Shown here: positions 12,897-23,510 of the stretch, piece after piece | Position numbering within the stretch: position 1 is the first letter of the stretch | Layout of the letters: each line of letters opens with the position of its first letter | Source of the DNA: Tubiluchus corallicola | Lineage: Eukaryota > Animalia > Priapulida | Assembly (NCBI GenBank): GCA_030141605.1 | Contig: JAQGDQ010000617.1 | Location: 1-64,000 of the forward strand | DNA length: 64,000 bases | Reading direction: 5' to 3' | Translations under genes and position numbers: made by a program | Notes under the pieces: model-generated | The model's database searches: none | The model's input: only the letters and a program-made list of their open reading frames with translations | Told to the model about the DNA's origin: nothing

Positions 12897-13567
12897 TTAA
12901 AGGACAATAAAAGGGGCACCTAAAGTAGGTTTCAGAAAAATCGCCTTAAAAAATTATATTACTTTACATCATTTTTATGCGTATATCTTACTCGCACTGA
13001 AAGGAATTTTAGTTTGTTTTCATTTTAAATCTCCCGCAATACTGTTCCGATGTCGCCATTACATGACGTCATGTACCAAACGTAAATCAAGGAAAGAAAA
13101 GGCAATGTTAAATTATATCTCAAAAGACTTTCTGTGCAAATATATATTACTCGCTTATCTGCTAGAAAGACTCATGTAACTAGAAAAGAAAATTATTAAT
13201 TATTTAAAATGTTTTCGCCAATTGGTAAAATGTCGCTGACTCATCCTCCTTGTGCACTACTCACTAACCAAAAAAAACGTATTTTTAATCTTATTGACAA
13301 GATATAGTAATTTTAAATTTTATTTAGTTAGTGACTTGAGCACTACGAATGCTCTGATTATTTTTTCAAACTTTACAAAATGTTACCTAAACTTGTTTCA
13401 AATGACTTATCGTCAAAATAGCTGCGTCTAACGGTCATCGCGGGAGTTTAAATTTACATGTTTTATACAGCGTGACTGCCGATTGAAGTCCTGCATGAAG
13501 TACGATATAAAATTTCAAAACGAATTTTTCAAGCTTTATGTTTATGAAGAGTTTTCTTGTGTTTTAA
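12897..13567 (+). mobile_element. TTAA-flanked MITE family C (Kolobok-like)
   Basis: ttaa-AGGACAATAAAA ... TTTTCTTGTGTT-ttaa. Related copies or fragments lie at ~31390-31460, 35800-36475, 44425-44830 (-), 46700-47129 and 47316-48040. Confidence 0.75.
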
Positions 13568-13743
13568 TACTCTACACTATTTTTTTTATTTTAGTAGAAA
13601 ACGCCAATTTTGAACTGTTACTAACTTTACAAGAAATAACGCTAATCTTAATTTAGCTAAAGGCATAAAGTGCAATAATTGTTTGAAATGGAATTATCCA
13701 TATTTGGCAAATAAAATGTAACTACATAAAAATGGAATTTATT

Positions 13744-13780
13744 GCCGACCGGTTTCGAACAAACTGTTCATTATCAAGGC
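13744..13780 (-). ncRNA. Minimal type I hammerhead ribozyme motif (U3-A8 core variant)
   Basis: The minus strand reads GCC-UUGAUAA-U-GAACA-GUU-UGUUC-GAAA-CCGG-UC-GGC. This gives stem I GCC/GGC, a 5-bp stem II, palindromic helix III ACCGGU and a GUC triplet, followed by AATAAA. Confidence 0.7.
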
Positions 13781-14253
13781 CTCTAAAACAAGAAAATTTA
13801 CCAGAATTTAGAAACAACATCGAAATGCAATTCAGTAATTAGATAATAGCCGAAAAATATATGAAATAACATTATATAGACAATTTAATAATTTACCTTA
13901 CAGATTACATATCTTGATTGTATATATATAAAAATGTTTGCAAGTAGATGGCAGCCATAAGTTAAATATTTATAGTTTTATATATAAATATTGCTTTAAA
14001 TATAACTATATAAGTTATTTATATATAACTATATATAAAACTATATATAACTATACATAACATAACTATAGATAACTATATATAAAACTATATATAACTA
14101 TACATAACATAAACTATATATAACTATATATAAAACTATATATAAACATCAACTATATATAAACAATGTTATATCATATATCTTTTGGCTATTAACTACT
14201 GAATTGCATTTCGATGTTGTTTCTAAATTCTGGTAAATTTCTTTGTTTTAGAT

Positions 14254-14289
14254 GCCTTGACAATGAACAGTTTGTTCGAAACCGGTCGG
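14254..14289 (+). ncRNA. Minimal type I hammerhead ribozyme motif (U3-A8 core variant)
   Basis: Reads GCC-UUGACAA-U-GAACA-GUU-UGUUC-GAAA-CCGG-UC-GG. Its core differs from the partner copy only at the free N7 position. Confidence 0.65.
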
Positions 14290-14843
14290 AACTTGTGATG
14301 TTGTTTTCAATATTGTAGGAATTCCCACGGTTACTAGGAGAACCGTAATCCCATTTTCTCCACCGATTTCTTACAAGTAACAATCAAACTTGTAGTAATA
14401 AAGTAGTCTGTTATTACGTCATTAAAATTTAAAACAAATTCAATTAATTTGCTTACTTTTTTATTTTTATATCTACTTGACTAATAACACATGTACATAC
14501 ATACTATAAATGTATGTAATGCGTAGTTGTAATACACGTTATTTACAAAATGTATGTACAAGATCAATTCAGAAAAAAATTGGAAGAATTTGAAATGTTA
14601 ACAACGGGACAATAAACAAGTCAAAACATAAAATAAAGAAATTAATGAAAAGGAAAAAAGTATGTAATTCTTACTAACTTAAGCAAACCGACACAACTAT
14701 TTTATAATACACAACGTTACAACAGTAGGAATTGTATGAAGCTAAATAAAGTATTAAGTTCATAATATATAATAGTCTCAATGTAAGAATATACGAATTC
14801 GAAAGTTACGACACAGATGTAATAATGCAGATCTGATCACAAG

Positions 14844-15834
14844 CAGAGCCGGATTATGACCTTTCGGGCCCCCAGGATAGCGAAATTATGGCCCCCCTCA
14901 GACGAGCCCCACCTTCTAACTCGCCCGCACCCCTCTTCAATATTTTTCGTCGTGATATATTTTAGCGCTATTTACAAAGCTCGAAGTAAACTTATTGCAA
15001 GTTCTTTAAATAAACCAGAATAGTTTATCTTTTGTTTTTGTCAATAAAAATATTCTTAAAAAAAGAAATACTGCTAAATTAGTATTTATTGCAAACCAGA
15101 ATAACATATCTCCAACACGGCCGTAGTGAAAATAGATTTTTTTACCAATTACTTTAAAGACAGGATGATTTTTCATACACAACCCCATTTTCAAGTCCGA
15201 TAAAAAGTCCACATGTTAAAGCGATTAATACACCAAAAGCGTTTCAGGTAATTAAATAACAGATTTAAAACTTAATTAACGGTGGGCGAGCTCAACTATT
15301 GATGACTTCACAAACTAACACAATTTTTACCCGCAAAAATATTCCACAAGCGTGTTGCGCATGTTTGCGAAAGCAAAAATTGAAGTACAGTGTTACTGTA
15401 AGATATTCAGTGTGTTGTACTAAAACTAGGCAAGTTTCAAGATAAAAATTCAAATTTGAAATTTACAGCTGGGCTCACGCACGAGCTGCCGAGCGTGTGT
15501 AGTACATCACAAACTAACATATCTGAACTGAGAAGTACAGCACTTGTTTTTGTGCAATGCGTTTCCAAAATGCAGGCGCTAGTGCCCTAATGACTAGCGA
15601 ATGGTGAAATGCATATAACAACGAAGAACTAGTGGCGCGAACGTGAAATTGTGTTTGTGTGGTAATAATTCCTTCACGTAAGTCATTTTTGAAAAAATAG
15701 TAGGTTTCATTTCAATATTTTAAGGAATAGATTGTTTTGACCTACAGTTTAAGATTGGGTCCGTTTTGCTTTAATGTTACTAAAGCTTGAGGAACCCCAG
15801 CCTTGAAGGGCCCTGAAAAGATAATCTGGCACTG
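14844..15834. mobile_element. hAT-like MITE with a nested family A element
   Basis: TIR cagagccggattat / ataatctggcactg. TSD atcacaag (14836-14843) and ttcacaag (15835-15842). Confidence 0.8.
15153..15774 (+). mobile_element. TTAA-flanked MITE family A (Kolobok-like), nested copy
   Basis: Matches the ~620-bp family with ends ttaa-AGGAAGACAGG and CCGGTTTTGCT-ttaa. Confidence 0.85.
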
Positions 15835-16183
15835 TTCACAAGTAAAATCAATCGAAACAAAATTTAGACTCTATAAACGCTTGAGCAAAATTACCGTAGT
15901 TCTATATATACAATTTACAATTACACTTACAACACTGAGAATTAAATACAGTTACTTAAATATACTTATAATAATTACGAAACCGACACACACTGAAATA
16001 AGTTATTTGCCACATTTATACAGCTCCCATGCTTATCTGCGAGCACAATAGTTATGTTTTAAAATTTTTTTTGCAGACTCGCCTGTAGTTTTGCCTATTT
16101 TTTGTCATTTTTTCAAATAAATCATAAAACATGTAAAAACAGGTGTAAAATTGTAAATGTTGAAATATTGTCAATCGGCTTAA

Positions 16184-16703
16184 TTAAAGGAAGACAGGAT
16201 GAATTTTCATATACTATCCGATTTTGAAGTACGATAAAAAGTATACATTTCAACACGATTATTATTGCAAAAGCGTTTCTGATAATTAAATAATAGATTA
16301 AATACTTAATTAACGGTGGGCGAGCCCAAGTATTGATGACATCACAAACTAACATAATTTTCAACAGCAAAAATATTCTACGAGCGTGTTGTAAGTGTTT
16401 GCGAAAGTGAAAATTGAAGTACAGTGCTACTGTGAGATAGTCAGTGTGTTGTACTAAAACTAGGCAAGTTTTAAGATAAAAATTCAAGCTTCAAATTTAC
16501 CGCTGTGATCAAGCATGAATTGTCCATCGTGTGCAGTTCGTCACAAACTAACATGATTTTCAACAGCAAAAATATGCTACGAGCGCGTTGTACGTACTTG
16601 CGAAAATGAAAATTGAAGTACAGCGTTACTGTAAGATATTCAATCCGTTGTACTAAAATTAGACAAGTTTTATTTAGATTTATTTAATCCGGTTTTGCTT
16701 TAA
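16184..16703 (+). mobile_element. MITE family A, copy with internal duplication and deletion
   Basis: Both termini and TTAA flanks are present. The ~16340-16470 block is repeated at ~16540-16670. Confidence 0.85.
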
Positions 16704-17235
16704 TTTTAACAGAACCCCATCCGATGCGCATTCGAAACGTATAGCTCTCATGCATTGATTAGGTCTACCCTCTTTCTTGCCAAATTTCATTTCATACAGT
16801 TGCATGTTTATACACACATTTCGTACACATAAGTGGCAGATTAGAGTTAAACCCTTTAATGCGCTTTTGCAACCCCGTCCGATTGTTAATAAAATTATTA
16901 AGCAGAAAAATCACTGTTTCTTTTCAAACCATTCGTGTGAACGATCAATCCAAGGCTTCAATGTACTCAAATAAATTATGGCATGCTCTTTAGTGAAAAA
17001 ATTATTCGTGTGACAAAAAAATTGTATGAAACTTTACTATTAATTATATGCAAAAATTTTGTGTGCAGAAGTACATAAAAATTGTAAAACGCTGCTATGG
17101 TAAACTTGTCAAGTCTGCTATAAAAGCTGGCATCACTGATAAAATTTAATACTTTTATTTATCAAAAAAAGGTTTCGCGAGGTGATTCCCAAATTGTCAA
17201 TTGTTAACAACTGTAAGTTAAAATCTTCAACAGTT

Positions 17236-17783
17236 AATTCATTCATCCAGTGAATCATACGTCCAGTGACATGATTCTGTTCACCTCCCTTTGCCAGGAC
17301 TCCCTACACGTCCAGGGACATGATTCTGTTCACCTCTCTATGCCAGGACTCCCTACACGCTGCAATGCCCCAAGTGGATTTATTTCTAAGGATCAATGCT
17401 GAAGTGTTTAAATCTTTCTGTGCAAAATCTAAATATGTTAACATTTGTGCTCCTGCAGGTTTTTTAGCTGGTTCTATGGCTTGTTGAAGAGCTATCTTCA
17501 CTGGAATATCATCAGGTAGTCTAAGCATATACCCAATCTATCTTAAACGGCGTCTTTTTATTTTTCTTGTCCAAGGTTCTTCTTTTATTTTTGCATATAG
17601 ATCTTTGTTTGAAATTTTCTTTGGCCATCTAATACCCAAAATGTTTCTGTAATTTCGGTTTTGAAATGCATCGATTTTAGCTTTATGATTTGCTTTTAAT
17701 GTCCAGAGCTCAGAGTTGTACAGGAATACAGTTTCAACTAAGGCTGAGAATATTCTAATTTTTGTTTCCAAAGAAATCTTCCT
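17236..17783 (-). mobile_element. 5'-truncated RTE-like LINE insertion
   Basis: Encodes KIRIFSALVETVFLYNSELWTL...IDAFQNRNYRNILGIRWPKKISNKDLY. It is flanked by the repeated tcttcaaca(g/a)tt (~17224 and ~17783), and the + strand carries (ATTC)-like tail units at ~17237-17247. Confidence 0.85.
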
Positions 17784-18034
17784 CTTCAACAATTGGCATC
17801 ATCATATACTGAAGTAATAAGGAAAATCTTTGAAAATAACACCATTAGTGCCGATGTGATTGCAGCTACCGTCCACGACCAGCCCAGGAGAAAGAGGAAT
17901 ATTCTATAAAAGTAATTTGTAGCTGTAGCTCTCTATTCTACTTTTTTGGTCTGGGTGTTAATTTTAAAGATATTCCTGATTACTTCAGTATATGATCATA
18001 CCAATTGTTGAAGATTTTGGCTTACAGTTGTTTA

Positions 18035-18072
18035 CAATTGACAATGTGGAGAGGACCCCACGAAACGTTTTA
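18035..18072 (+). ncRNA. Minimal hammerhead-like motif (U3-A8 core variant)
   Basis: Reads AA-UUGACAA-U-GUGG-agaggacc-CCAC-GAAA-CG-UU-UU with palindromic AACGUU and AATAAA downstream. A decayed mirror copy is at 17168-17202 on the minus strand. Confidence 0.55.
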
Positions 18073-18559
18073 TTTGTTTAATAAATATAAACTTATGAAG
18101 ACCAGCTGAAATATTACATGCAATTCTTTAAAATACACGGTTGTACGACCGGGTGGTACTAAGTATAATTTCTCGTGAAAAAATGGAAATAGAAAGTCTG
18201 TCATGTCTTTCAAAACGAAGTAAAGCATAATTAAATTTATCAAGGAAAAAGAAATTTGTCTAACTAATTTACCTACAAAGTAATTTACAAATACAGGCAG
18301 CGCTTTTTCAACTTTACATTTTTTGCACTTTCACGTACGTCAGCCTGCAATCTTTTTCACGAAATCATCCGCATTATTTGAGAAATAATCATTTCAAAAT
18401 GGTGGTAAATGGTGGCTAATCAGACGTTACAATGGGCAAACGACAATAACATAAATTTCGATGTGTCTAATTTCAACGAAAAGATTGTGACTTTCATGGC
18501 TTCTCCTGATATTCATCCTCTTATCGTCTCTAAATTGAAGGTAAAAAGAGTTGATTCGG

Positions 18560-19430
18560 TTAAACTTTAAGGTGTACAAATAGGTAAAGATATAACACGG
18601 AACATCCATGTCCATTCAGTTTATGCTAAAGTGAGTAAAAGAATTGATCTTTTGCGACTAATGAAAAGAGTTGGGACATCTTCTAATGATATGATAAAAA
18701 TGTACTGCACCGACATTAGGTCAGTTATTGAATACGGCTGTCACATACAGCAGTCATCTCTATCTCAAAGTTTCTCTGATTTGCTAGAAACTGTTCAAAA
18801 GCGCTCATTGAAACGATCTTTTCCAAATGAAAACTATATAAATGTATTAATTTTAACTAATGTTCAACCTCTATTTAATTGCCACGAAAATTCTTGCAAA
18901 AAGTTGTTCTCATCAATTCGAAATCATAATAACAAAATCCACACTCTATTGCCAGATGCTCACACTCATAGATACAGCACTCGCCACTATTTGAAATACC
19001 CCTTACCTGGATACAGAACAGAGAGGAACAGAACAGAACAGAACAGATCTTACCTGGATTCAAGAACATGGCTTATTTAATTTCCAAACCAAAGTTTCTC
19101 GTAGAGAAAACCATAAAACACTTCGACAAATTAAACTAGTTATAATAATAATAAAATCCACACTCATAGATACAGTACACGTCACTATCAGAAATACCCC
19201 TTACCTAGATGCAGAACAGAGAGATTCAAGAACTAGTTTATCTCGTATGGCTTATTTAATTTCCAAATTTAAGTTTTCATTCATTTTAACTTATTTAGTT
19301 CATTGTTCTTGTATCAATGCAATAGTGATTGTCGCTGTACGATCTACCTTGCTTATTCTTTTATGAATTTTTATATTTTGTAATTTTATCCTGCAGAACT
19401 TTTGTTTGTAATGATGATAAATAAAGTTAT
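18560..19430 (+). mobile_element. CR1/L2-group LINE 3' remnant
   Basis: Encodes SKRIDLLRLMKRVG...MYCTDIRSVIEYGCH...LETVQKRSL. There is an internal duplication (~18930-19090 and ~19146-19270) and an AATAAA tail at ~19419. Confidence 0.8.
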
Positions 19431-20080
19431 TAGAGTTAAATTTTATCAAACTCATATTTTACAGTCTAAACGCATTTAATTCAAGGTTCTCAGAACTCAA
19501 AATCAATTTGAGAAATTGAAAATTAAATTTGAGCAGTTCGAGTTGCTTCAGTTCAGTACTGAATACTGAATACTGAAAGTGTGAGTAATTTATGCGTTTA
19601 TGGGCATTTCAATGCTTACTGTGAGTCAGTCTTGACTCTCACAGCTAAAATTTCATGCTCACGCGACTTTGTTAGCTAATTGAACCCTCACAGTGTACAA
19701 CTTAACGCTCACATTAAGTAACATATCACAGGTAGTGAGCAGCTTTGTGTAAGCAGTAAACGAAATGTTGTTCGTAGGGTGTTATTAAAGAACTTGATGC
19801 TCACAGAGAGTAACTTGATTCTCAAGAGTTACTTAGAGTGAGCATGAGTAACTTAATGCTATATTGACAAATTTCGTTTTCAAAGGCAGTGTAAAACTAA
19901 AAGCTCATATTGAGTAACTCAATGCTCACAGCGAGCAACATATTGAAACAGAGAGATTTAACACGCACGTTTATTGCCCAGGGGTTTTGTGTAACTTAGT
20001 GCTCACACTGAATTATGTTGAACTTGCGATGAGTAACCAAAGGCTGTATCGAGTAATTTAACGCTTAAAATTTTTAATAA

Positions 20081-20454
20081 TAAGCATTTTCACAGTTTCG
20101 TTGTACGCACGCGCAGTTGCTGCAGGTCGAAGGTTAAGTATACCATGGCAACGCGTTTTAACTACAACGGTCACGTGACATGTGGGTAAAGCAAACCCGT
20201 CTGCCGCATCAGTACAGCAACTTCAATTATTTTACTTAATTAACCATTAGTCTGTGTGTAAGGTAATTCAATAGCAAAACTTCGGAACAAGAAAAACTGA
20301 ACTAGGTGAGGTTCTAGCTAACTGTTAAAACTGTTATTAATACAATAGCATGGGCTGCAAGGCGTTGTCAAGTGTACACAAACGCGTTGTCTGGAACACT
20401 TAACCGTTGACCTTTCACGATCATCATCAATCGCTGGAATTGTGAAAAGTTTTA
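20081..20454 (+). mobile_element. MITE family B (TIR ~AGCCTTTTCACAGTT, TA/TWA flanks; Harbinger- or Tc1-like)
   Basis: taagcattttcacagtt ... aattgtgaaaagtttta. One of five copies between 20 and 32 kb. Confidence 0.8.
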
Positions 20455-20697
20455 TTAAATTTAAATGCATGTTAAATTATTTAGGCTGACTCTCGCTACG
20501 AGTAACACGTTATCACATTGAGAAACTCGATACATACGTAAGTACATTCAGTACTCGAAGTGCACGATGTAATGCTGATATTGAGTAACGTGAGTCACAG
20601 TGAGTAGCGTAATGTCAACACTGAGTAACGGAACGCAAGCATTACGATGAAGAAGATAAATTGAAGAAGATAAGAAGATGAAAACTTAGAGAAGTTG

Positions 20698-20772
20698 AGT
20701 ACCTCCACTAGGACTCGAACCTAGGCCTTGTGCTTTCCGGGGGGCTGCTATTTTAACCATTAAACTCAAACG
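20698..20772 (-). mobile_element. tRNA-derived SINE head or tRNA pseudogene
   Basis: Minus-strand B-box GGTTCGAGTCC (ggactcgaacc at 20711-20721) with an A-box-like AGTTTAATGG. Related to 24821-24895. Confidence 0.55.
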
Positions 20773-21059
20773 AGAACGAGCTGTGCTAATAATTCTGAAT
20801 AAAGTATTTAAAATGTTTTGATGCAACAAAATTAAACAGATTACAAATTGGGCGTTCACGGACTGACTAACTGGCTAACGAATTTTGAGACGCTCACTTT
20901 GAGTGACTTGACTCATCGTTTCAATATTAAGAAGCTTTGTAGCGCCACACAAAACAAGGCTTTTAATCTACATTAAACTGTATGTATCTGTGACAACACT
21001 GACCACTGTGATGCGCATAAATTATGTGACTAGAACCCATACAATATATACCATACAGC

Positions 21060-21561
21060 CAGGGCCTATTTCAGCCTAAGCGAAGCCCGGGGAAGTGGGG
21101 CACGATGGTTGGCGCCCAGAAATTTTTTGAACTGCTAGAACGCCAGAGAAGCATTTTCGAAGCATTTGGAATTATACAGTTGTAAAAGGAAAGAACAATT
21201 GAAAGAAAAACTGCTTTATTCTCAAGACCAATCCTTAATACTTGTCAAATAGTCAAATCAAAAATAACATCTTGGCAATATGTAATACCGTACTCACACT
21301 TCCGTACAAGCCATCTTCTGACTTTTTGCTTCGCAAAGTTATCGTTAAAATCAAAGCCTCTTGCTACATCCACATTCATTCGAATAATTGACAGAAGACC
21401 GTTTAACCGATCCTGAGTCATCGTCGAACGATTGTCGGTTTTGATATTTTTTAACGCACTGAAAGAGAGTTCACCGAAAAAAGTTACCTCGGCGCGAGGC
21501 CCCCATAGAGGGTGAGGCCCCGGGAAAGTATCCCCACTTCCCCCCCCTGAAATAGGCCCTG
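21060..21561 (-). mobile_element. Internally deleted hAT transposon with a transposase dimerisation-domain remnant
   Basis: Perfect 15-bp TIR CAGGGCCTATTTCAG and TSD catacagc/tatacagc. ELSFSALKNIKTDNRSTMTQDRLNGL matches the hAT C-terminal motif. Confidence 0.9.
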
Positions 21562-21922
21562 TATACAGCTGCATCGTAGAACCACGTGACCAACTTCTGG
21601 GATGATAGATTAGACCAAATTTAAGCAACGCGGTAATTGACTTGCACTTACTTACGTAGAAATCAAGTAAGAAATTTGGACTAACTGCCACGCCTGTTTT
21701 CACCATCCAGAAGCAGTTCAGACATTCTCTGCACTAATATTCTTAGTTTCAGCATCAAGATTCAGCATCATCATCATTCTACTCAAATACTTTGCATTAA
21801 GCAGGTTATGTTTAAGTTACCTGTTGCGTAAGCCTTATCTTGAACAACTTGGACTTTTAGTTAACTTAAAATTGAGTTTTAGCTGTCATCTGAGAAGTTA
21901 ACTTGACTGCGGGTTCAAGTAA

Positions 21923-22407
21923 TAAGCCTTTTAACAGTTTCGTGGTGTGCGCACGCGCAGTTGTTGCAGGTCAAAGGTTAAGTGTACGACAGCAACGCGT
22001 CTTTACTGCAACCGTCACGTTTGGGAAAAGCAAAGCCGACTACCGCATCAGTTCAGTAACTTCAGTTGTTTTACGTGGACTTCGTTGTTTTAAGTGTACG
22101 ACAGCAACGCGTTTTAACTACAACCGTCACGTGTGAGAAAAGCAAAGCCGCCTGCCGAATCAGTTCAGTAACTTCAGTTGTTTACATAATTATGCATTAG
22201 TCTGCGCGTAGAGTGATTTACTAGCAAGCTTTTGCTTGGGAACAAAAAATGAACTAGGTAAGGTTCTAGCTAACTGTTAAAACTGTTGCTGTTACAATAG
22301 CATGGGCTGCGAGGTGTTGTCAAGTGTACACAAATGCGTTGCATGGTACATTTAACCTCTGACCTTTTTACGATCATCATCAATCGTGGGAACTGTGAAA
22401 AGGCTTA
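21923..22407 (+). mobile_element. MITE family B copy (with internal duplication)
   Basis: taagccttttaacagtt ... aactgtgaaaaggctta. Confidence 0.85.
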
Positions 22408-22783
22408 GTGCATGGTCACGTGGTTGGATCGAACACATTTTTTCAGCAAGCCGCGTAATTCATTCGACATGGCTATGTTGTTCTTCGGACATAAGAAATT
22501 CTCGTTTGGCACATAGCAGTTCGAACAAACGACTTATTATGTCAAACATTTAAATACCATGCCGATGGTTTGACAGAAATTGACAACATTTGGTTTTCTT
22601 TCAATTTCAACAATGGCTTCAGTCAATTCTTGCATAACATTAGGTACAGACGTACAGTACGCTACTGTATCTAATCTTATGCTTCAACTGTACATCAGAT
22701 TTTGCTAAAACAACAACAACAATAACAATCTTAATTGTTACACTTATATACAAATTAATTAACACTAGTTTTTCTACACAATT

Positions 22784-23043
22784 TTAACACCCAATATCAC
22801 CAGGAAGTGGGGGTGGAATCGCTGGCCGTATCATCCGGTGTTCCTTCTTCCACTTCATCCTTCGATTCTGAAACCAGATCTTGATTTGTCTCTCCGAGAG
22901 CCGCAGCGTGTTGGCGATTTCTATCCGTCTCCTGCGCGTCAAATATCGATTGAAATGGAACTCTTTCTCAAGTTCCAAGGTTTGGTATCGAGTATATGAC
23001 GTCCTGGACCGCTTCGTGTCGGCTGGAGCTTGGCCTTCTGTAA
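22784..23043 (-). CDS. Hox5: Hox5/Scr-class homeobox gene, coding exon 2 (homeodomain and short Pro-rich tail)
   Basis: Encodes [60 protein letters not shown], with Scr-type TKRxRTSY and KKEH. The phase-1 acceptor ttttggttttatag|ttacag| gives an exon start at 23043 or 23037, both in frame with exon 1. TAA stop at 22784-22786. Spliced product is 233 or 231 aa. Confidence 0.93.
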
Positions 23044-23161
23044 CTATAAAACCAAAAGATATTATAACTGAAAACGGAAGTATTGAAAAATTTATCATCT
23101 GCATCAGTGACGGACTGAATCTAAAATGACTGGTTGCCAGGAGACAAAGGCCCGCCATCAG

Positions 23162-23510
23162 TAAACCTTTTTACAGTTCCAGCGATTGATGATGATCGTG
23201 AAAAGGTCAAAGGTTAAGTGTACCGGACATCGCATTTGTGTACACTTTATAACGCCTCGCAGCCCGTGCTATTGTTATAATAACAGTTTTAATAGCTAGC
23301 TAGAACCTTACCTAGTTCATTTTCTCTTGTTCCGAAGAGAGATCCTGCTAGTAAATCACTCTACGCCCAGACTAATGGGTAATTAAGTAAAGTCCACGTA
23401 AAACAACTGAAGTTACTGAACTGGCGCGGCAGATGGCTTTGCTTTACCGACATAACACGTGACGGCTATAGTTAAGACAAGATGCTATGGTATACCTAAC
23501 CTTTGACCTA
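23162..23510 (-). mobile_element. MITE family B copy, inverted, ~120 bp from the exon 2 acceptor
   Basis: Reverse complement of the 22090-22407 region. Confidence 0.85.

Larger units (their letters stand above)
13744..14289. mobile_element. Fold-back (inverted pLTR-like) Penelope-derived element with terminal hammerhead motifs
   Basis: Arms 13744-13872 and 14164-14289 are reverse complements around a TA-rich spacer. Confidence 0.75.
17150..18090. mobile_element. Second fold-back element with terminal hammerhead motifs, left arm split by a LINE
   Basis: 17150-17232 joined to 17784-17842 is the reverse complement of 17953-18090. Confidence 0.7.
19560..20930. repeat. Highly degenerate ~21-22-bp tandem repeat (gtgagtaacttaatgctcaca), interrupted by a MITE and a SINE-like head
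   Basis: Recurrent gagtaac and gctcaca motifs at 19580-20065, 20490-20635 and 20885-20915. Confidence 0.6.

Noticed and set aside
23044-23158. N-terminal part of ORF 22784-23158 as coding sequence
   Set aside because: It is intron read-through upstream of the acceptor and has no hexapeptide.
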